Assembly: GCA_030265395.1 (NCBI GenBank)
Contig: JARFYF010000072.1
Location: 540,028-604,027 of the forward strand
Length of the DNA: 64,000 nucleotides
From: Rhina ancylostomus
Lineage: Eukaryota
Direction of reading: 5' to 3'
Below the pieces are notes generated by a model. It was not told the DNA's origin, did not search any database, and worked only from the letters and a program-made list of their open reading frames with translations. A program made the position numbers and the translations under genes. This document shows positions 34,401 to 48,000 of this stretch, piece by piece (positions within the stretch are counted from its first letter, which is position 1; each line of letters opens with the position of its first letter).

Positions 34401-37017
34401 GGCTCATTAAATAGTGGAACAGCCAGAAGGGGCAACATGGCTAAATCGAGCTTCTATTTCTTATATCCTCACTTTCTTCCGTTCCACTGGGATTTAGAGC
34501 AATGCGTCATTTGGGGAAAAGGGATTTATAGGGGGAGGTGGAAGCAGGTCCCAGAGAATCAGCTCAAAACCGCTTTAGACCCCCCCCCCTTAGTCCTAGT
34601 AAAGAAGCTGAAGGGTGCTTGGACTGTTCAGTTGATATTCTACTCTCCCAGGGATCAGTTGATTGAACTCAACTACCGTTCATATTTGTATCAAAAGCGA
34701 CTTAATATGTCAATAACGAACTGTGAGTCACTAAGTCCGAGGTTTGGAGCACCAAAGCTTACCAGAGGTCATCCAGGACACTTGGGCAGGACTTCACCCA
34801 CCTCATCGTTTGTCGTCTGTCAAATCTCTGGGCAAAGACAATCGCATTTTTATTTCATTGTCCAATAACATGACTTCAACTCAAATTGAAGTGGTATGGA
34901 GTTTGGCGCGGGGTGTGCAGGAAAGAAGGATTCACATCCACTTTACAGCCCGCCGAATGGTCTTAATTCCAACACCAAAGGAGGCCAAGTTCCATCTTTT
35001 GGATGCGCAGGGAAACAGATTAATAGAGCCGATTGATAGTTATATTTATTATTAATTTGGAAAAGTAGAAATAAATTGGAACATGACAATCACGATCAAA
35101 ATTGTTTCCTTCCGTGATATCGAAGCATTTGCGCTTGGAAAAGAGATTTGTGAAAGCTAAAAACTGAAGAGAGATTTGAGTTGTGTGAACATTCTTCAAA
35201 ATTACCAGATGATACTTTTGTCTAATGCGGTTGTAGCAAAAGGACCTAAGTCAGAGATCCAGGAAAAAGAAAAAGTTGCTCAGCCGGTTATCACGGAGTA
35301 GTATCCCGAAACTGGATACCAGTAGTACTGTTGCAGGTGATTTTAAAAGGGTCAGTTTGTCAGTCACGATGTGTGCAGGGAGAAAGGCGTTACTGTTTAA
35401 CTCAACGACCGTCCATCATAAGGTGGGTGACTCTTAAATGCCTCAACTATTTGTGATCCATATTAATTACATAGATGGAGAGACACATGAAACGCAACAG
35501 AGGGAGGAGTCTTGTGCTGAATCCTATGCAACTTCACCGCTTGCAGTTCTCAGAGTAGGGACTCTCATGTCAATTATTGCACATTGCCATTTGACACTGA
35601 AAACATTTCACCCAACACCACTTTGCTTCATCTTATCTTAAATCTTAAACCATGAATGCTGGGAGTCACCAACCTGCCCATGGAAAGACCAAGTTTCTGA
35701 CTGCTTAGATTATTATGCAACCACACGTACATCTGTTCCTTTTGAATTGTGGCATTCCTTTCCGAAGTTTCTTGCATTGAACTGATAAACTCTAACCAAT
35801 TGGTTCACATGTCTTTACTTCCCGTGGCTTACTAACACGTTGTTGTGCTTTCCAGTCTTGTTTACGCAATAACTACATCCATTATCCACTTTTATCTCTC
35901 TGCCACCGGTTGAGAGCGACGTGAGAATGGTGGAAGAATTTCCAGTCCTCACATTTGTCGGGAGGTGGAGTCAGAAAGGAAGAGACTTGCAGCATTCAGG
36001 TTCTGGGGAAAGAAGCCGAGTTCTCAGAGCTATCGAGAATGACACCAGAACATTTGGCCCAGAGAGGTGAGGCTGGAAGTCGTTCAATAAAATACCTGTT
36101 GATGTTGTGTTTAACAAGCAGACACTCTCGTTTCATCAGACCTTGCTGTGTGTGATATTTTGCTCCTTGCCAAATGGAAGTACTGGTATGGAAATTTGGA
36201 AAATATTGTGCCTTTGCGCCCGGGGTCCCAAGAAGGCATTAGCGGCAACAATAGGATGCTGGACAATCAAATTCAGGTTCGCCAACAGTTTGAGAACGAC
36301 GCTCTGCTTCGCTTATGGAAGTGGGCGTCGGAAGCGGTCAGAGACGGACTGCTCCGTGATCAAGAAGGCAGAGTGGTCGCATTACACGGGAATGATCAGT
36401 GGGAAATGTCAGTGGCGACCGGACGAAGGTTAGGAGTGTCAGGGCTGGAACAGAGTTGCGTGCGGTGAGGGATCAGAGGCCAAATGACACCATTCATTCC
36501 CAAAGCTGGCTGATGACCCAGCCATGATGATATGACAGGGAGAGACACGGGAAGCGCAGAGTGTGACATGGAATACGGTTTCAACGGAAACATGAGAGAG
36601 GTATTGTGCAGCGAGACTTTCGTTGGTGTGTTGTCCTTCTGCCTTCGCCATTCCCAAACCAACAAATCCATCCAAATCGCCAGTGACGTCATCTGTGGAA
36701 ACAAAACACATTTCACGTTGGCCCTCAATCGGAACCTCTGTGGAATTGAAACTGATGGAGTCATGCACCGGCGGTTTGTCCGTAACTTTTTGAGACGTCC
36801 TGGAGGTGCATATTTCCAGTCATGTTATATGTTTTATATGGCCATCAGTTAGTAAATTTGCTCCTCTGAAGTTCACTGACTTCCTGCATGTCGACACCTG
36901 TCTCCACTACCACACTACTTGATGTCTTTCATTTACCAATCGCAGGTACCTTGCAGCACGTAACCATCCATTCTGCAGTGCACGTTTCCAAGACATGAAT
37001 AAGAGCGCAATTTTTTC

Positions 37018-37110
37018 CTATTTACATATAATTTTGTGTCGCTTGTCAAACGTTCTACGCTCGTACCTCCTCAAGTCGCTGTAAACTGATCGATCTTCCA
37101 ACCTCAGCTC
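37018..37110 (-). CDS. Gene D terminal ITAM exon
   Basis: TTCAACAG|ELRLEDRSVYSDLRRYERRTFDKRHKIICK*; homolog of 28191-28280. Confidence 0.75.
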   Translation of the reverse strand, partial: ELRLEDRSVYSDLRRYERRTFDKRHKIICK

Positions 37111-37793
37111 CTGTTGAACATGAAAAGGTCGTTCTGATTCGCGAAAATGTATTGGCAGAAGCAGGTAATGGCAACAATGTATCAACGGATCACAGAGAAT
37201 ATGGTGGGTGTATTCTAAGCTGAACCTAATAGCCCCATGGTCAGAAAGTGAATTGGGGGACATGGGGATCGGGCAATAAAGTTGTCGTGGGAGACTAGAT
37301 AAGCTTCTCATGTGTTGGAGGGAGTTCCAGTGGATCACACACTGTTTTGTTTCCAAGCGGGGAATCTGAAAACTCTTACTTAGAACATATAACATTACAG
37401 AACAGTCATGGAGCAGACCCGATGGTCTACTTCTGCTCCTTTGTCTTGTGATTTTGTGATCTAGTGAACACGGTACACGCCGTTCGGTCCACAAATTCGT
37501 GTCGACATTTATCCTGCTCTAAGATCTATCTGACCCTTCCCTCCCACATCGCCCTCTATTTTTCTATCATTCATGTGTCCAACTAAGATGTCTCCAATGT
37601 ATCTGCCCCCACAACTTATGCCGGCAGTGCGTTGCACTATCCCACCACTCTCTGTGTAAAAGAAAATTACCCTTTATATCCGCTTTATAACTTCCTCCAA
37701 CCAACTTAAAATTTTGTCCCCTCGTGTTAGCAATTGTCGCCCTGGGGAAAAAATCTCTGACTTCAAAGTGAATCAACAAAGTAATTTCCTTAC

Positions 37794-37832
37794 TATATAA
37801 ATAGAGTTTTCATCGGGTGGTTGTGCAGTAGT
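37794..37832 (-). CDS. Gene D cytoplasmic exon 3
   Basis: TATCCACAG|TTAQPPDENSIYI|GTAAGG; with the terminal exon gives YIEL-x7-YSDL. Confidence 0.75.
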
Positions 37833-38924
37833 CTGTGGATAAAGAATTAAATAAATGAACGAATAAGCCGGCCACACAGAGAATGTTATTATCTTTCCTC
37901 CCAGATGAAACCTTAGTCAATCAATGTTCATATTCATTGTCGCATTGAGCCATTTTGGACAGAAAACCTATTCTTCAGACAAAAAATAGAGATGCTGGCG
38001 GAACTCAGGAGGCCAGGCAAAATCCGTGGAAAAATCAAGCAGTCAGTGTTTCGAGTCAAGACCAGAGGAAGCCCAATATAAAGGGGTGAAACAGCGCAGT
38101 AATAGTTGGACAAAAAACGGGAGGCGGGGTGCCCAAAAGGTGGTGATTGGTAAATGCATGTAAAAGATAGTGATACTCTGATTCGGGGAGGAGGGGAGAG
38201 CAGATCCACCAGACGCTAGATCAAAAGTGTGGAATTAGGATCATCATGGGGGGGAGGGAGGGGAGGAGAAGATTTGAAAAAAAACGAGGAGAACAGAGAG
38301 AGAGGCTGGGAAAGGGAAGAAAAGAAGCGGTATGGGCAGATNNNACTTTTAATTTCACTCTGATCTGACATCAAACAGACACCAGATTAATACAGCTGTC
38401 GAGAAGATATTCCCCCTTCTGGGGAAATTGTAAAAATAGGGACCAAGGGATTATGGGATCTCGAAGCTAGAGATGGGGAAGAAATGTCTAGAGAGCTGTG
38501 GGGGATCAGACACTGCATTTTAATGCCGACATAGACAGAGGTGTATTGGGCGTTCGGGGATTCAAAGGTCCTGAGAAACACGAAGCAGCGATGACATCAT
38601 TGAATAGCAGAGAATGCTCAAAAGACCGAACAGTAGACTACTCCATCTGATGCTGATATGCTTGGGATTTATTGACAAGGTACATTTTGACCTTTGTGAA
38701 AGGTAACATCGATGAATAAGAAAACCAGCACTGCATTGGTTAACTGTAAATTCTTGTAACGTGATAATAAATCAGTTATTTGTAAGAACAGCGAAGACAG
38801 CTGTGGATGCACAGAACAAAAGCATGGAATTCCTTTCTACAATCTGTCTTTGATTAAAATTACAGGTTATTAATTTTGCTCTTCTGCCTGTGTGCCGTGT
38901 GGTCTGCTCCATCAGAGCGAACAT

Positions 38925-39084
38925 CTTCTTTCTCTCTCCTCTCGCCTCTTTCTGTCCTCTCTTTCTGTCCTCTTGTCTCTCCCCCTCGCTCTCCTCTCTC
39001 TACCTTCTCTCTCTCTTCTCTCCCTCTCTCTCTCCTCTCTCTCACTCTCCTTTCCCCTCTTTCTCTCCTCTCTCTCTTTCTCTC
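38925..39084. repeat. CT-rich low-complexity tract
   Basis: Direct reading; a short ctctctctct tract occupies the homologous position at ~63385 in gene F. Confidence 0.9.
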
Positions 39085-39897
39085 AATAATCTGTCTGCAC
39101 CCTTCCTGATGTTAAACCCCTCACAACTTCCTGAGTTCAAAGTGAACAATCCCAGATCTTCCACATCATTGCAGTTCCTCATCCCTGTATTTGCTCTCTC
39201 CAAAGGCGACAACCTTCGTTGAAGGCAACTGACCGAGAATTTGAGGTTCATCAAGTTTGGTGTTCTAAAAAAAAGAAGACAACGCCTTTTTCATAAGGAA
39301 GCATTAACACATATATAAGCACACAGGTTAAAGTCTATCGTGATAACAGCCACTAATCTGCATCAGATCAGTCATAGAGCTGCTGAGTCACACAGGATGG
39401 AAACGGACACTTCAATCCACATTGTTCATGTCAGCGAACAACTCCCGATCAGTAGTACCAATTACCTCAGAGTAATCCCAATTCCCAGGCCCAAGTCCAC
39501 AGACATCCATATCCTGGCATTTAAAATGCGCAGCTAAATATTTGCTAAATGCTGTGAAATTAGAGTGTACACCATCCCCTCAACCAGCATCTTTAGGTGA
39601 AGGGATATAGACCTAATTCCTCTCCATACCTCCCAAGTCCTTCTCTTAAACCTATAGACTCTGGTTATAGACACGAATTAACCCGTACATTTACTAGTGG
39701 TGATATTTTAAGCGATAAGGCCAAAACAAGCAAGTTGCAAACCACAGTGAAGGTGGCACAGATTACATATTCCTCCAGGGTTACTCATTAGTAAGGAGAA
39801 CACATGCTAAGGGAGACCCACACTTCACTTGAAATACCATTGGTGAATATCAGAAACATCTGAAGTTAATATTTAATTTCCTTAATTTAAAAAATGT

Positions 39898-40126
39898 TTA
39901 CAGCGTGGTAACAGGCCCTTCCGGACCAACGAGTCCGAGCCGCCCATTTTAAACCCCAAATTAACCTACCCGTACGTCTTTGGAATGTGGAAGTAAACCG
40001 GAGCACCCGGAGGAAACCCACGCAGACACGGGAGAACGTACAAACTCCTTACAGGCAGCGGCGGGAATCGAACCCGGGTCGCTGGCACTGTAATAGCGTC
40101 GTGCTAACCACTATGCTACCGTGCCG
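39898..40126 (-). mobile_element. tRNA-derived SINE (HE1/V-SINE-like), second copy
   Basis: Near-identical to 18991-19221, with A and B boxes. Confidence 0.85.
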
Positions 40127-40552
40127 TCCTATAATTCTAAACATAGGTCAGACTAAAATGATAACCTTTTGATAAGATAACAACAAGACTTCAGTGAAAA
40201 AATATTGCTGTTGGAGATTTAAATTCCATGATAGCTTTTACCTCGTTTCAATTGTTACCTCGTTATAATATGTGTAACAGGAGCAGGAGTCGAACATATG
40301 GCCCTTCTAACTTGTTAAACCTTTTGATAATGTCCTGACTGATATGTTCGTTGCATCAGCTTCACTTTCCCCGCTATCACCATCCTGTCAATGTGGTGCT
40401 GAGAATCTCCCAAGTCTACGTTTGACCCCGTGACAGAGCAGTTTCAGCAATGTTTTTCCAAGTTTGTGGAATATGCAGGTGGCGGTGCGCATCTCTACTC
40501 GTTGACATTGGCATTCGTGGTGGATGAGGGAGCATGTTTGGAGAGGCACTAT

Positions 40553-40608
40553 CAGTGTAGCCTGGGTGGATAACTGCAGTGTAACCTGGGTGGATAACTG
40601 CAGTGTAA
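40553..40608. repeat. 24-bp tandem duplication inside a decayed repeat
   Basis: cagtgta(g/a)cctgggtggataactg x2.3. Confidence 0.85.
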
Positions 40609-41406
40609 TATGTTGATGGTGCACACTACAGACACTGTGTACCAGTGGTGGAGGGATTGGAGGTCCAGCGGAGTGTGGGGCTTTGATTCAACGGGCTTTT
40701 TGACCCTGGGTGGCGTGGAGGTTCTCGTATATTACTGGAGCAGCGCCCATCCAGGCAAGCGGAGAATGTCCCATCACTCTCCTGACTTGTGCCTTGTAGT
40801 TTGCGGAGATACTTGGCATGTTTGGAGGAGAGGATCCCACGTGATCTTACAGCCACAGTACACCTCCTGAAAAATGTTTTCCACTGGGTTTGTTTATGTC
40901 AGTGGTAGGCGTTCAACAGCCATTCACTACGTGGAACCTGTTATTAGTTTGTTAGAAGTGCAGAACTGGATTCAGTGGTTCAAGAATACAGCCGACTGCC
41001 ACCTTTTGAATGCCAGTTTGAGCTTCAGGATCAGTACTGGCGTCGCCACTAAATGCATGAATTCAACCCGAGTACCCGAATAGTTAATTAACAAACGTGT
41101 CGTGATCTTACATAACTAATTCTATTTTAAAGGGGAACATTTTCTTCAACAAATAATTCAATTGAAAAATAAAATCCTGCTGTTTAGTAGATAGATGCAT
41201 TGTTTTCTGATTAAACTTTTGACATTTGTACCATTTTCACAATTAAACCGTCCGATGACCTTCACCAATACCCTTATTGCTCAACATGCAAAATAAATAT
41301 TCTGAATCAATATTAGGATCAATTTCAGCTACTTAGTTCAACAACTGGGTGGACACTATCCCCGTTGTGTTCTCCTCGACCGAAAAAGGAGAAATATATT
41401 ACATAC

Positions 41407-41667
41407 CGATTACAATTACTCCCGGAGTTGAGGCATTGTACTTTTCTGTGAGATTGTTAAAGGCCTAGCAAGTGTAATTCCCCGCCTTGTTCACAGAAAT
41501 ATTTTCAAGGATAAGCTGCTGCCCAGTTTGCAGATAGGCACCGTTCAGTTGCCAGTCCAGGTCAGCGGCTGGGCTAGAATTAGCGGAACATGTTAAAGTG
41601 ACAGTGCTTCCAGCCGTGTACGGAGCGGAGTCAAGGTGAGTTTTGATATTTGGACGATCCGGTCCGT
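41407..41667 (-). pseudogene. Gene D IgC2 B-type exon with nonsense codon
   Basis: YGPDRPNIKT..GSTVTLTCSANSSP..WQLNG..AGNYTC*AFNNLTEKYNAST..|GTATGT; TAG at 41465-41467 where homologs have Gln/Glu. Confidence 0.85.
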
Positions 41668-43209
41668 CTAAAACAAACATACAAATCGGATTGCAGTAAA
41701 TTACAGGAACAGCAAAAATGTCGTCAAAGAAAAGTGGGAGAGGGAGAGCAACCCACTGTGATAGAGATACACACTAACACGTCCCCTGCACATAGGAGAG
41801 AGGACTGGTCTATTAGCCACACGCAGTAAGTTACTTTTCCCGATAAAATTAAATAGGTGCCTCATAACCCGAAACGTGTCTCCACCCCCAACCTGGAATA
41901 CAGACTTCCACAGCACACGTGTGTGACAATCATCTCGCTTTGTGACTTCCCTCGGTTGGCCTGTGTGTGGTGTGAGGGAAAGAATCGCCGAAAATTCCCC
42001 AACCAATTGAGGCCGCTCAGCCCATCAAAACTAGGACAGCTTACAGAATAGATGCAATAAATGTGTAATAAGATCCCTTCCTATGTGGCCGTGCAATATG
42101 CTTTCAAATCGCAGTCCCAGTCCGTCGGTGGGGCTCAGTTCCAGTCCCAGACACATTGTGTAAAGGTGTGCATGTTGGGAAGTAAATTTGCTGTACTCAG
42201 GATAAACCCACTAAGGGTTGTGCCTTCCACATCGATAGTGGAAGCAGTAACTTTCCTCTCACATCCACAGTAAAGTGATGGATCTCTGGCAATTTCTACC
42301 TTCTGGTTTCTCTGGACCTCCGCGAGGAGGATGACAGGTCCCCACTAGCTCTGGCACTTCCACGATGAAACTGTCCTCCAACTCCCTGGGTGTGGAATTA
42401 TTTTCATAGTGGGCCAGAATTTCAATGACTCCACTCAAACCCCGTAAAATCATCCGTGAAAGTATCGTTCCATAGTGTTGAAATTGAATCAATGCAAAAT
42501 TAGATTTTTGTAGAGATAAATGTGTATAGATTGGATGGGGTCGAAAGGAGCTCATAACTTAACAGGGAGCAAAAGGAATGGGTAGATGCAACACAGCTTT
42601 ACCCACGCCACTCAATGCGAATGTTATTACAAGTCCTGCTCTAGACTTATTACAAGTGAAGCCCTTTCGGTCCACGTTTGCAGTACAACTTTTCCTTGAC
42701 GTACCAGGCGGAGGCTCCGCCTGACCTCATCGTTCAGGAATCTCACCCAGGACATTCTCATTGGGTCACAGGAGGTGGTCGTCACTGGCAGTGCCAACAT
42801 CTAATGTACATCCCCACCTTAACGGAAATGAGGGGTTGTTAAGGAGTCAGCGTGATCGTTGGGCCCGGAGTCACAAATAGAACATACCGGGTTACCCGGC
42901 ACATTTCCTTCCCTTGAAGTACATGAGTGCCCAATCTTTTTTTTCCAACAATGCTGTAGTTTCTCGATCACCGTTATTGAGACAGGTCTTAATTTTTGAA
43001 GTTCAAAGTGTGGATTTAAATTCCACAGCTGCCGAGGTAGATTCGGACACGTCTCTCATCTGACTGTCCAGTAATTTGAGTGTTAGTCTAATGAGGTCAT
43101 CACTGTGCTAACTTCCCCAAGTGCAAACCCCCTCTTTCGAAACCCCGTGCCCAGGAGGACTGACAAAAAACATACACACCTTTACGTACTGATCTGTCTG
43201 GAAACTTAC

Positions 43210-43485
43210 AGTGAACATTGAGGTAAAACGTGTTGCTTGTCGTTCCACCAGTCAAGTTGCAGGCGCGACAGGTGAACGGTCCATCTGTCCGCAACACTCC
43301 AGAAATAGTGAGTGTGCTGTTATCGGCACCCAGTTCAAACCTGCCACCAGGAATTATCACGCTATTGTTTTCAAGCCACAGATAAGAGACCCCTGTGCCT
43401 TTTGCGATGCACGTTAATTTCACGGTATCATTGTGCTCTATTAGGCTGGAGGCATTGGATGTAATATTGGGTTTGAAAACATGTT
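43210..43485 (-). CDS. Gene D IgC2 A-type exon
   Basis: EHVFKPNITSNASSLIEHNDTVKLTCIAKG..WLENN..DNSTLTISGVLRTDGPFTC..LNVH|GTAAGT; 276 nt, intact. Confidence 0.88.
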
Positions 43486-43739
43486 CTGTTGAATACACAG
43501 GACAGTGGTCAGTGCACAAGATTTCAAGAATAAAATCTGGAAGATTGTAGATTTGGTTTAGGATCTGGAAGACAAAATTCAGCATTTATTGTACTATAAT
43601 GCCGAACAAGAAAAAAAGGTGATGAATAATTGTATTTGATAGGTGTACGTATTGAGATGCATATCCTGCACTGAAGTCAAGTCACATTTCTTCTTTCTTC
43701 ACTCAGAGACATGGACATTTTTTTTAAATTCTCTCCACC

Positions 43740-44360
43740 GAGTCATAGTCATAGAGTCATACAGCACACAAGCAGGCCCTTCGGCCAAACTCGTCCATGC
43801 CGACCAAGTACCAGCAAAACTCCTCGCCAGGATATTGGTTCCCTCCAGTTAAGCTACAACCGACCTTTTTGTACATGGCATCCCTGCCCCAGAAGAGGCG
43901 CCAAAGGTCCAAGAACCTGACACCCTACGCTGTGCACCAACACTTCAGCTAAACATTCATCTGTTCTATTCCTGCCCTGACTATCAGCTGGCACCGTGAG
44001 TAATCCTGAGATTACTACCTTCGAGGTCCTGCTTTTCACATTTTTTCCTAACTCCTTATCCTCATGCTAAAGGACCTTATCCCTATTTCGACTTATGTCG
44101 CTAGCACCAATGTACATTACAATCTCTGGCTGATCACTGTCTCCTTTGAGAATGTTCTGAGCCGCTGCGAGATATCCTGGACACTGACATCCGAGACGCA
44201 ACACACCATACTGGTGCTCCATTTGCTGCCACAGAATCTTCTGCCCCCTAACGATCGAATCTCCTCTCACTATTGTCCATCCTGACTTCACCCCTCCCCG
44301 CTGAGCCTCAGAACCGGGCAAAGTACCACTTACCTGGCTGCTGTGGCATATGGAAAGCAA
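43740..44360 (-). mobile_element. CR1 LINE ORF1 fragment plus 3' tail
   Basis: TIVRGDSIVRG..LKGDSDQPEIVMYIGASDI and SRTSKVVISGLL; catagagtcatacagcac tail at ~43750. Confidence 0.75.
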
Positions 44361-44790
44361 GGGGTTTCACGTCCCACAGTTCAAAAACAAGCTGGAAGTA
44401 ATATCAACGAAATGGAGTTCAACTGAACAGGGGAATGAGGAAATACTGAGAAATTCAATTCGATCAAGGGTCACTTGGCAATGAATATGTTGATGGATAA
44501 ACAGCGGTCAGCACAGAAGTGAATTGCTGACGCACGCACGAGTTTCAACACATCAATGTAACCTTTTCTTTATAGGCAATGAAGCAAAGTGCAGTGAGAC
44601 TTTCGATGTTAGTAAGCCAATTAAAGTTGTTATCTCACATACCAAAAAAAGCACCTGTTGGGTATTATCTTATGAACGTGCATTGCAAGTTCAACAATGT
44701 CTACCTTAAGTATGTCATCAACAAATACAATGTCTCTATTTTTACATACACAACTCCGACATTACCACCACCTCTCAATATAATACGTAC

Positions 44791-45054
44791 CCGTGAATAC
44801 TAAAGTTTCGTATTGTTACAGTCGATCTTTCGGTTACATTTTTAATTTCTCACAAGTGTAACTGCTTGTGCTATTCAGGGGTAAGTCAACAAGGATTGCG
44901 AGCTGCCCACTTTGCTGAAGAGATGAACCATTGAAATACCACTGAACCAGAGAAACGGGGCTCGGAACTGCTGAACAGAAAAAAATTGCGTTTGACCCTG
45001 TACTGTTTGCAGCAAGTTCTGGGCTGACTGATATGCTTAGGTTTTTTGGTCCAT
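44791..45054 (-). pseudogene. Decayed IgC2 B-type pseudo-exon in gene D
   Basis: DGPKNLSISVSP..GSNAIFFCSAVPSP..WYFNGSSLQQ..SSYTCE, then stop/frameshift; acceptor reads GG. Confidence 0.8.
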
Positions 45055-48000
45055 CCAAAAGAATTGCACACTGGGTTTACAGAATTTCAACCAGGACTCT
45101 AAATCAGATCTCCATCCCGTCAACAGGCAACTACGTCCCGTTACCAGACAACTACAACACAGAGAAGCCACTGCACACTAAGGCTACCCCTTTCCAACTG
45201 ATCACACCTCAGAACAGAAGAAATCGGTATGAGAATATAGCAGGTGATGGTCACTTGCACAAACCCTGATGTAACCTGCTCTGACAGACAAGTTCAGAGT
45301 TGTCTGGACATTGTACTTGCTGTGACGTCAGCAGGTTCTGGGGGACAGTGGCAGATACAACCTCTTTCCTTGGGACCAGCTGTCATCATGATGAAAAAAT
45401 CAACTGTTGGAGGGGCTCTTCTCGGAAGGAAGGTGGGGCAACGTTTGTTTTTGACAGAAGCTTCCGATCGCCAGCCAGGATTACAAACTACCCTCACAAA
45501 TCAGAGGCTGATTGGAGAGGACAATGATTTAATTTTCGTTACTTCAGAGATATCAGAGTTTACGTTAGGCCAGCAGTTATTGTTTATCCTTAATTGTCCC
45601 TGGATCACGTGTCAGTTAAGAGCCACTAGCATCGAAGGGCCGAGAGCTGTGTTGAGCACAGACATGTTAATGAGGGTAAATTCCCTTGCCAGGAGGACAG
45701 TAATGAACAAAATGTTTTAACAACCTTCCAGTAAATCCCTGACCTTCAATGTAGCCTCAAAAAAGTTATTTTTGTTTTTTTCTTAATGCGGAGTTTCCAC
45801 ATTCAAGTGGCCAAGTGGGCTTTACCCAGGTAGTCTGATCTGGTGTGCACCTGGTAAGCCGACCTCCGCTGAGAAACTGTTCGGGCGTACGGACAAGTGA
45901 AACGCAGGACAAGTGAAGACCTGTCGAATGGAAGGATATTCTGGTTGAACCATGCGCTGAGTCCCACTGCCGTCATAAATGTCAGTAGCCTGACCGGAAA
46001 TCCATTCATCCAATCATCTCAATTCCAGATGACAAAAAACTCCTCAGGGTCGTCCCATCTCCCAGTTCACATCCTACGAGCCCTTGTCGGCCCCTGAGTT
46101 CTTGTCTCAGCACCTGAACTGAGTGATGTATCCTCGAAATATTCATCAAAAAGACGTGTCCGTCGGAAGGTTAATTAGCGATGTAAATTCAGACGAAGGT
46201 GTAGGTGAGTGGTAGGTTCTTCGAGGGGGTGCTGACGGGCATGCAGGGAGAATAAAATGGGATGAATGGAAATGGATGCTTGATGTTCGGAGCAGACTAA
46301 GGCTGACGATGTGGGGGCAGACGATCATTCATGGAGTTACAGAGCCAGGATGTATGGCTCCATGACTCTATGACTTATAGTCTGCCCCCGCAAAACTTCT
46401 GCCTTAATTATTCTTCCAATTGAAATATCCGCAAATAGAACAAAGTGCTTCCACCATAGCATGGCCCTCTCTGTTCGAAGGAAACCAACATTAATTTCTG
46501 AATCTTCTTCACTAAGAGACTTCTGCATTTTCTCTTAATTCTTTCTCGCAACATCTAGTGTTGTCGCATCCTTCTTGCTCCGTAGGGGGACCAGAACTGT
46601 ACGGTCTGCTCTATCTGTGCAAAACTGGTGTTTTGTACAGGTCTAGTGTGACATTGTTATTCATACATTCGATGTTACAGAGTCATGGAGTTATGCAGGC
46701 CACGTTCGGGCCAATAACTGCAAGTCTCAAGTGTGCTTTCACAAGCATTTCATTCACCTCCACATCTACCTTTAGTGATCTATGAACATGCTCTCAGGTC
46801 CCGTCGGTTCCTCCGCAGTTCATCGGAAACACACAGCAGTGATAAGATCTGGGTAATACCGACAAGGTCATGATGAAAGCAAAGAACTGGGTAACCGAGA
46901 AATTACATCAAGCCGTTATTTCCGGCGATAAGCAACGTGCAGTTGAAGTTGTCTATAGTTGAATAATGAGCAAGAACATTAACGGCTATTTCACAGGACA
47001 GTTTAGTTGGGTTACACGGTTTTACGGCTAAGACTGACACTTTCCGTCTCTGAACGGGTTTCCCCACGATACAGTCAGATGCCTGCAGTAACTAGGAAAC
47101 GTGGCCATTGAGTGAATGGATGCTGCAGAGACAGGTAGGAAGTTGGTCCCAGGGGAACATGGGCGGGCTTATAAAGAGCAGTACCCAGAAGGAGAAAGAA
47201 AGGAAACATAAGGCATACACTGGGAATCTGAAATACGAACAGAAAATGCAGGCAATACTCAAGAGTTCAGGCTGCGTCTGCAGGGAGAGGTGGCGGGTTT
47301 CTGAGTCATTGTCACAAACAGAAAATCATAAACAAGCGTCATATCGAGAGATGAGGGGTGGAAAACACCGAAGGGTGTGTCTGCGATAGTGCAGAGATCA
47401 CGGTTGCCTGGGTAACCCAAAGCCTTTTGTGCTGCCTCAGAGAGGGCGATGAACGGTTTCTAACACGGATGATCTTTCTGGGGGAGAGTACTTTTTTTAC
47501 TTTATTTACAGCGTGGAGCAAAATTTGAAGCAGCACAGAGAGGGGGCCACGAATATGTGAGTTCCAGATAGCAGTTCCAGGAAATGCTCAAGAAATAAAA
47601 TAATTCTGTAAATATGTTTGTGTAGATAGAGAAAATGAATTAATGTTGCAAGTGTGTTCGGTTTACATGAGGACTGTCCTGTCCTAACACAAAAAGTAAG
47701 GCTGTTTATCTGACGTTATTGAATTTACTATTGGGCTCTGAGCTGCAAAGAGCCGAGGTGGGAGGTGAAGTGCTATTGTGTGATTCTCAGGTTTTGTTGG
47801 GTATTAGGTGTGGTTGACACTCTCCAGGCCTGTCACCGGGCGCTACTGCCAGGGAGCTGTCAGGGAGATCTCCTTAAAGTGATGAGTGTCTTCTATGATG
47901 GCGGTATATTGGACGAAGACGGACAACTCCCAGTGCCCAAAATGTCGACTCCTCCCTGCTCAAAAAGTGGTTGAAGTCATTTGACATTGAACGTGGGGTT

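Larger units (their letters stand above)
31170..37972. repeat. Older direct segmental duplication (3' end and downstream flank of gene D), paralogous to 52965-58350
   Basis: Colinear similarity, e.g. ggcagtgg..tccaagtgga..gaaaagaccaaagtgaga at ~31190 / ~52983, and cacaaaccaacaaatcc..ccagtgacgtcatctg..gaaacaaaacaca-like sequence at ~36655 / ~57435, continuing through the cyt3/cyt4 exons. Confidence 0.85.

Noticed and set aside
34239-34868. 209-aa ORF
   Set aside because: Starts in a Penelope-type repeat, and the frame is not preserved in the paralogous block (~54960-55130).
36148-36852. Several 100+ aa ORFs in sequence conserved with 56900-57600
   Set aside because: Frames are not conserved between the duplicates; more likely 3' UTR or flank of genes D and F.
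38876-39222. Leu/Ser-rich ORFs resembling a TM segment
   Set aside because: Translation of the CT microsatellite, on the wrong strand for gene D.
45803-46013. Possible decayed Ig exon in the gene D intron (AWFNQNILPFD)
   Set aside because: No Cys framework or splice sites recognisable.
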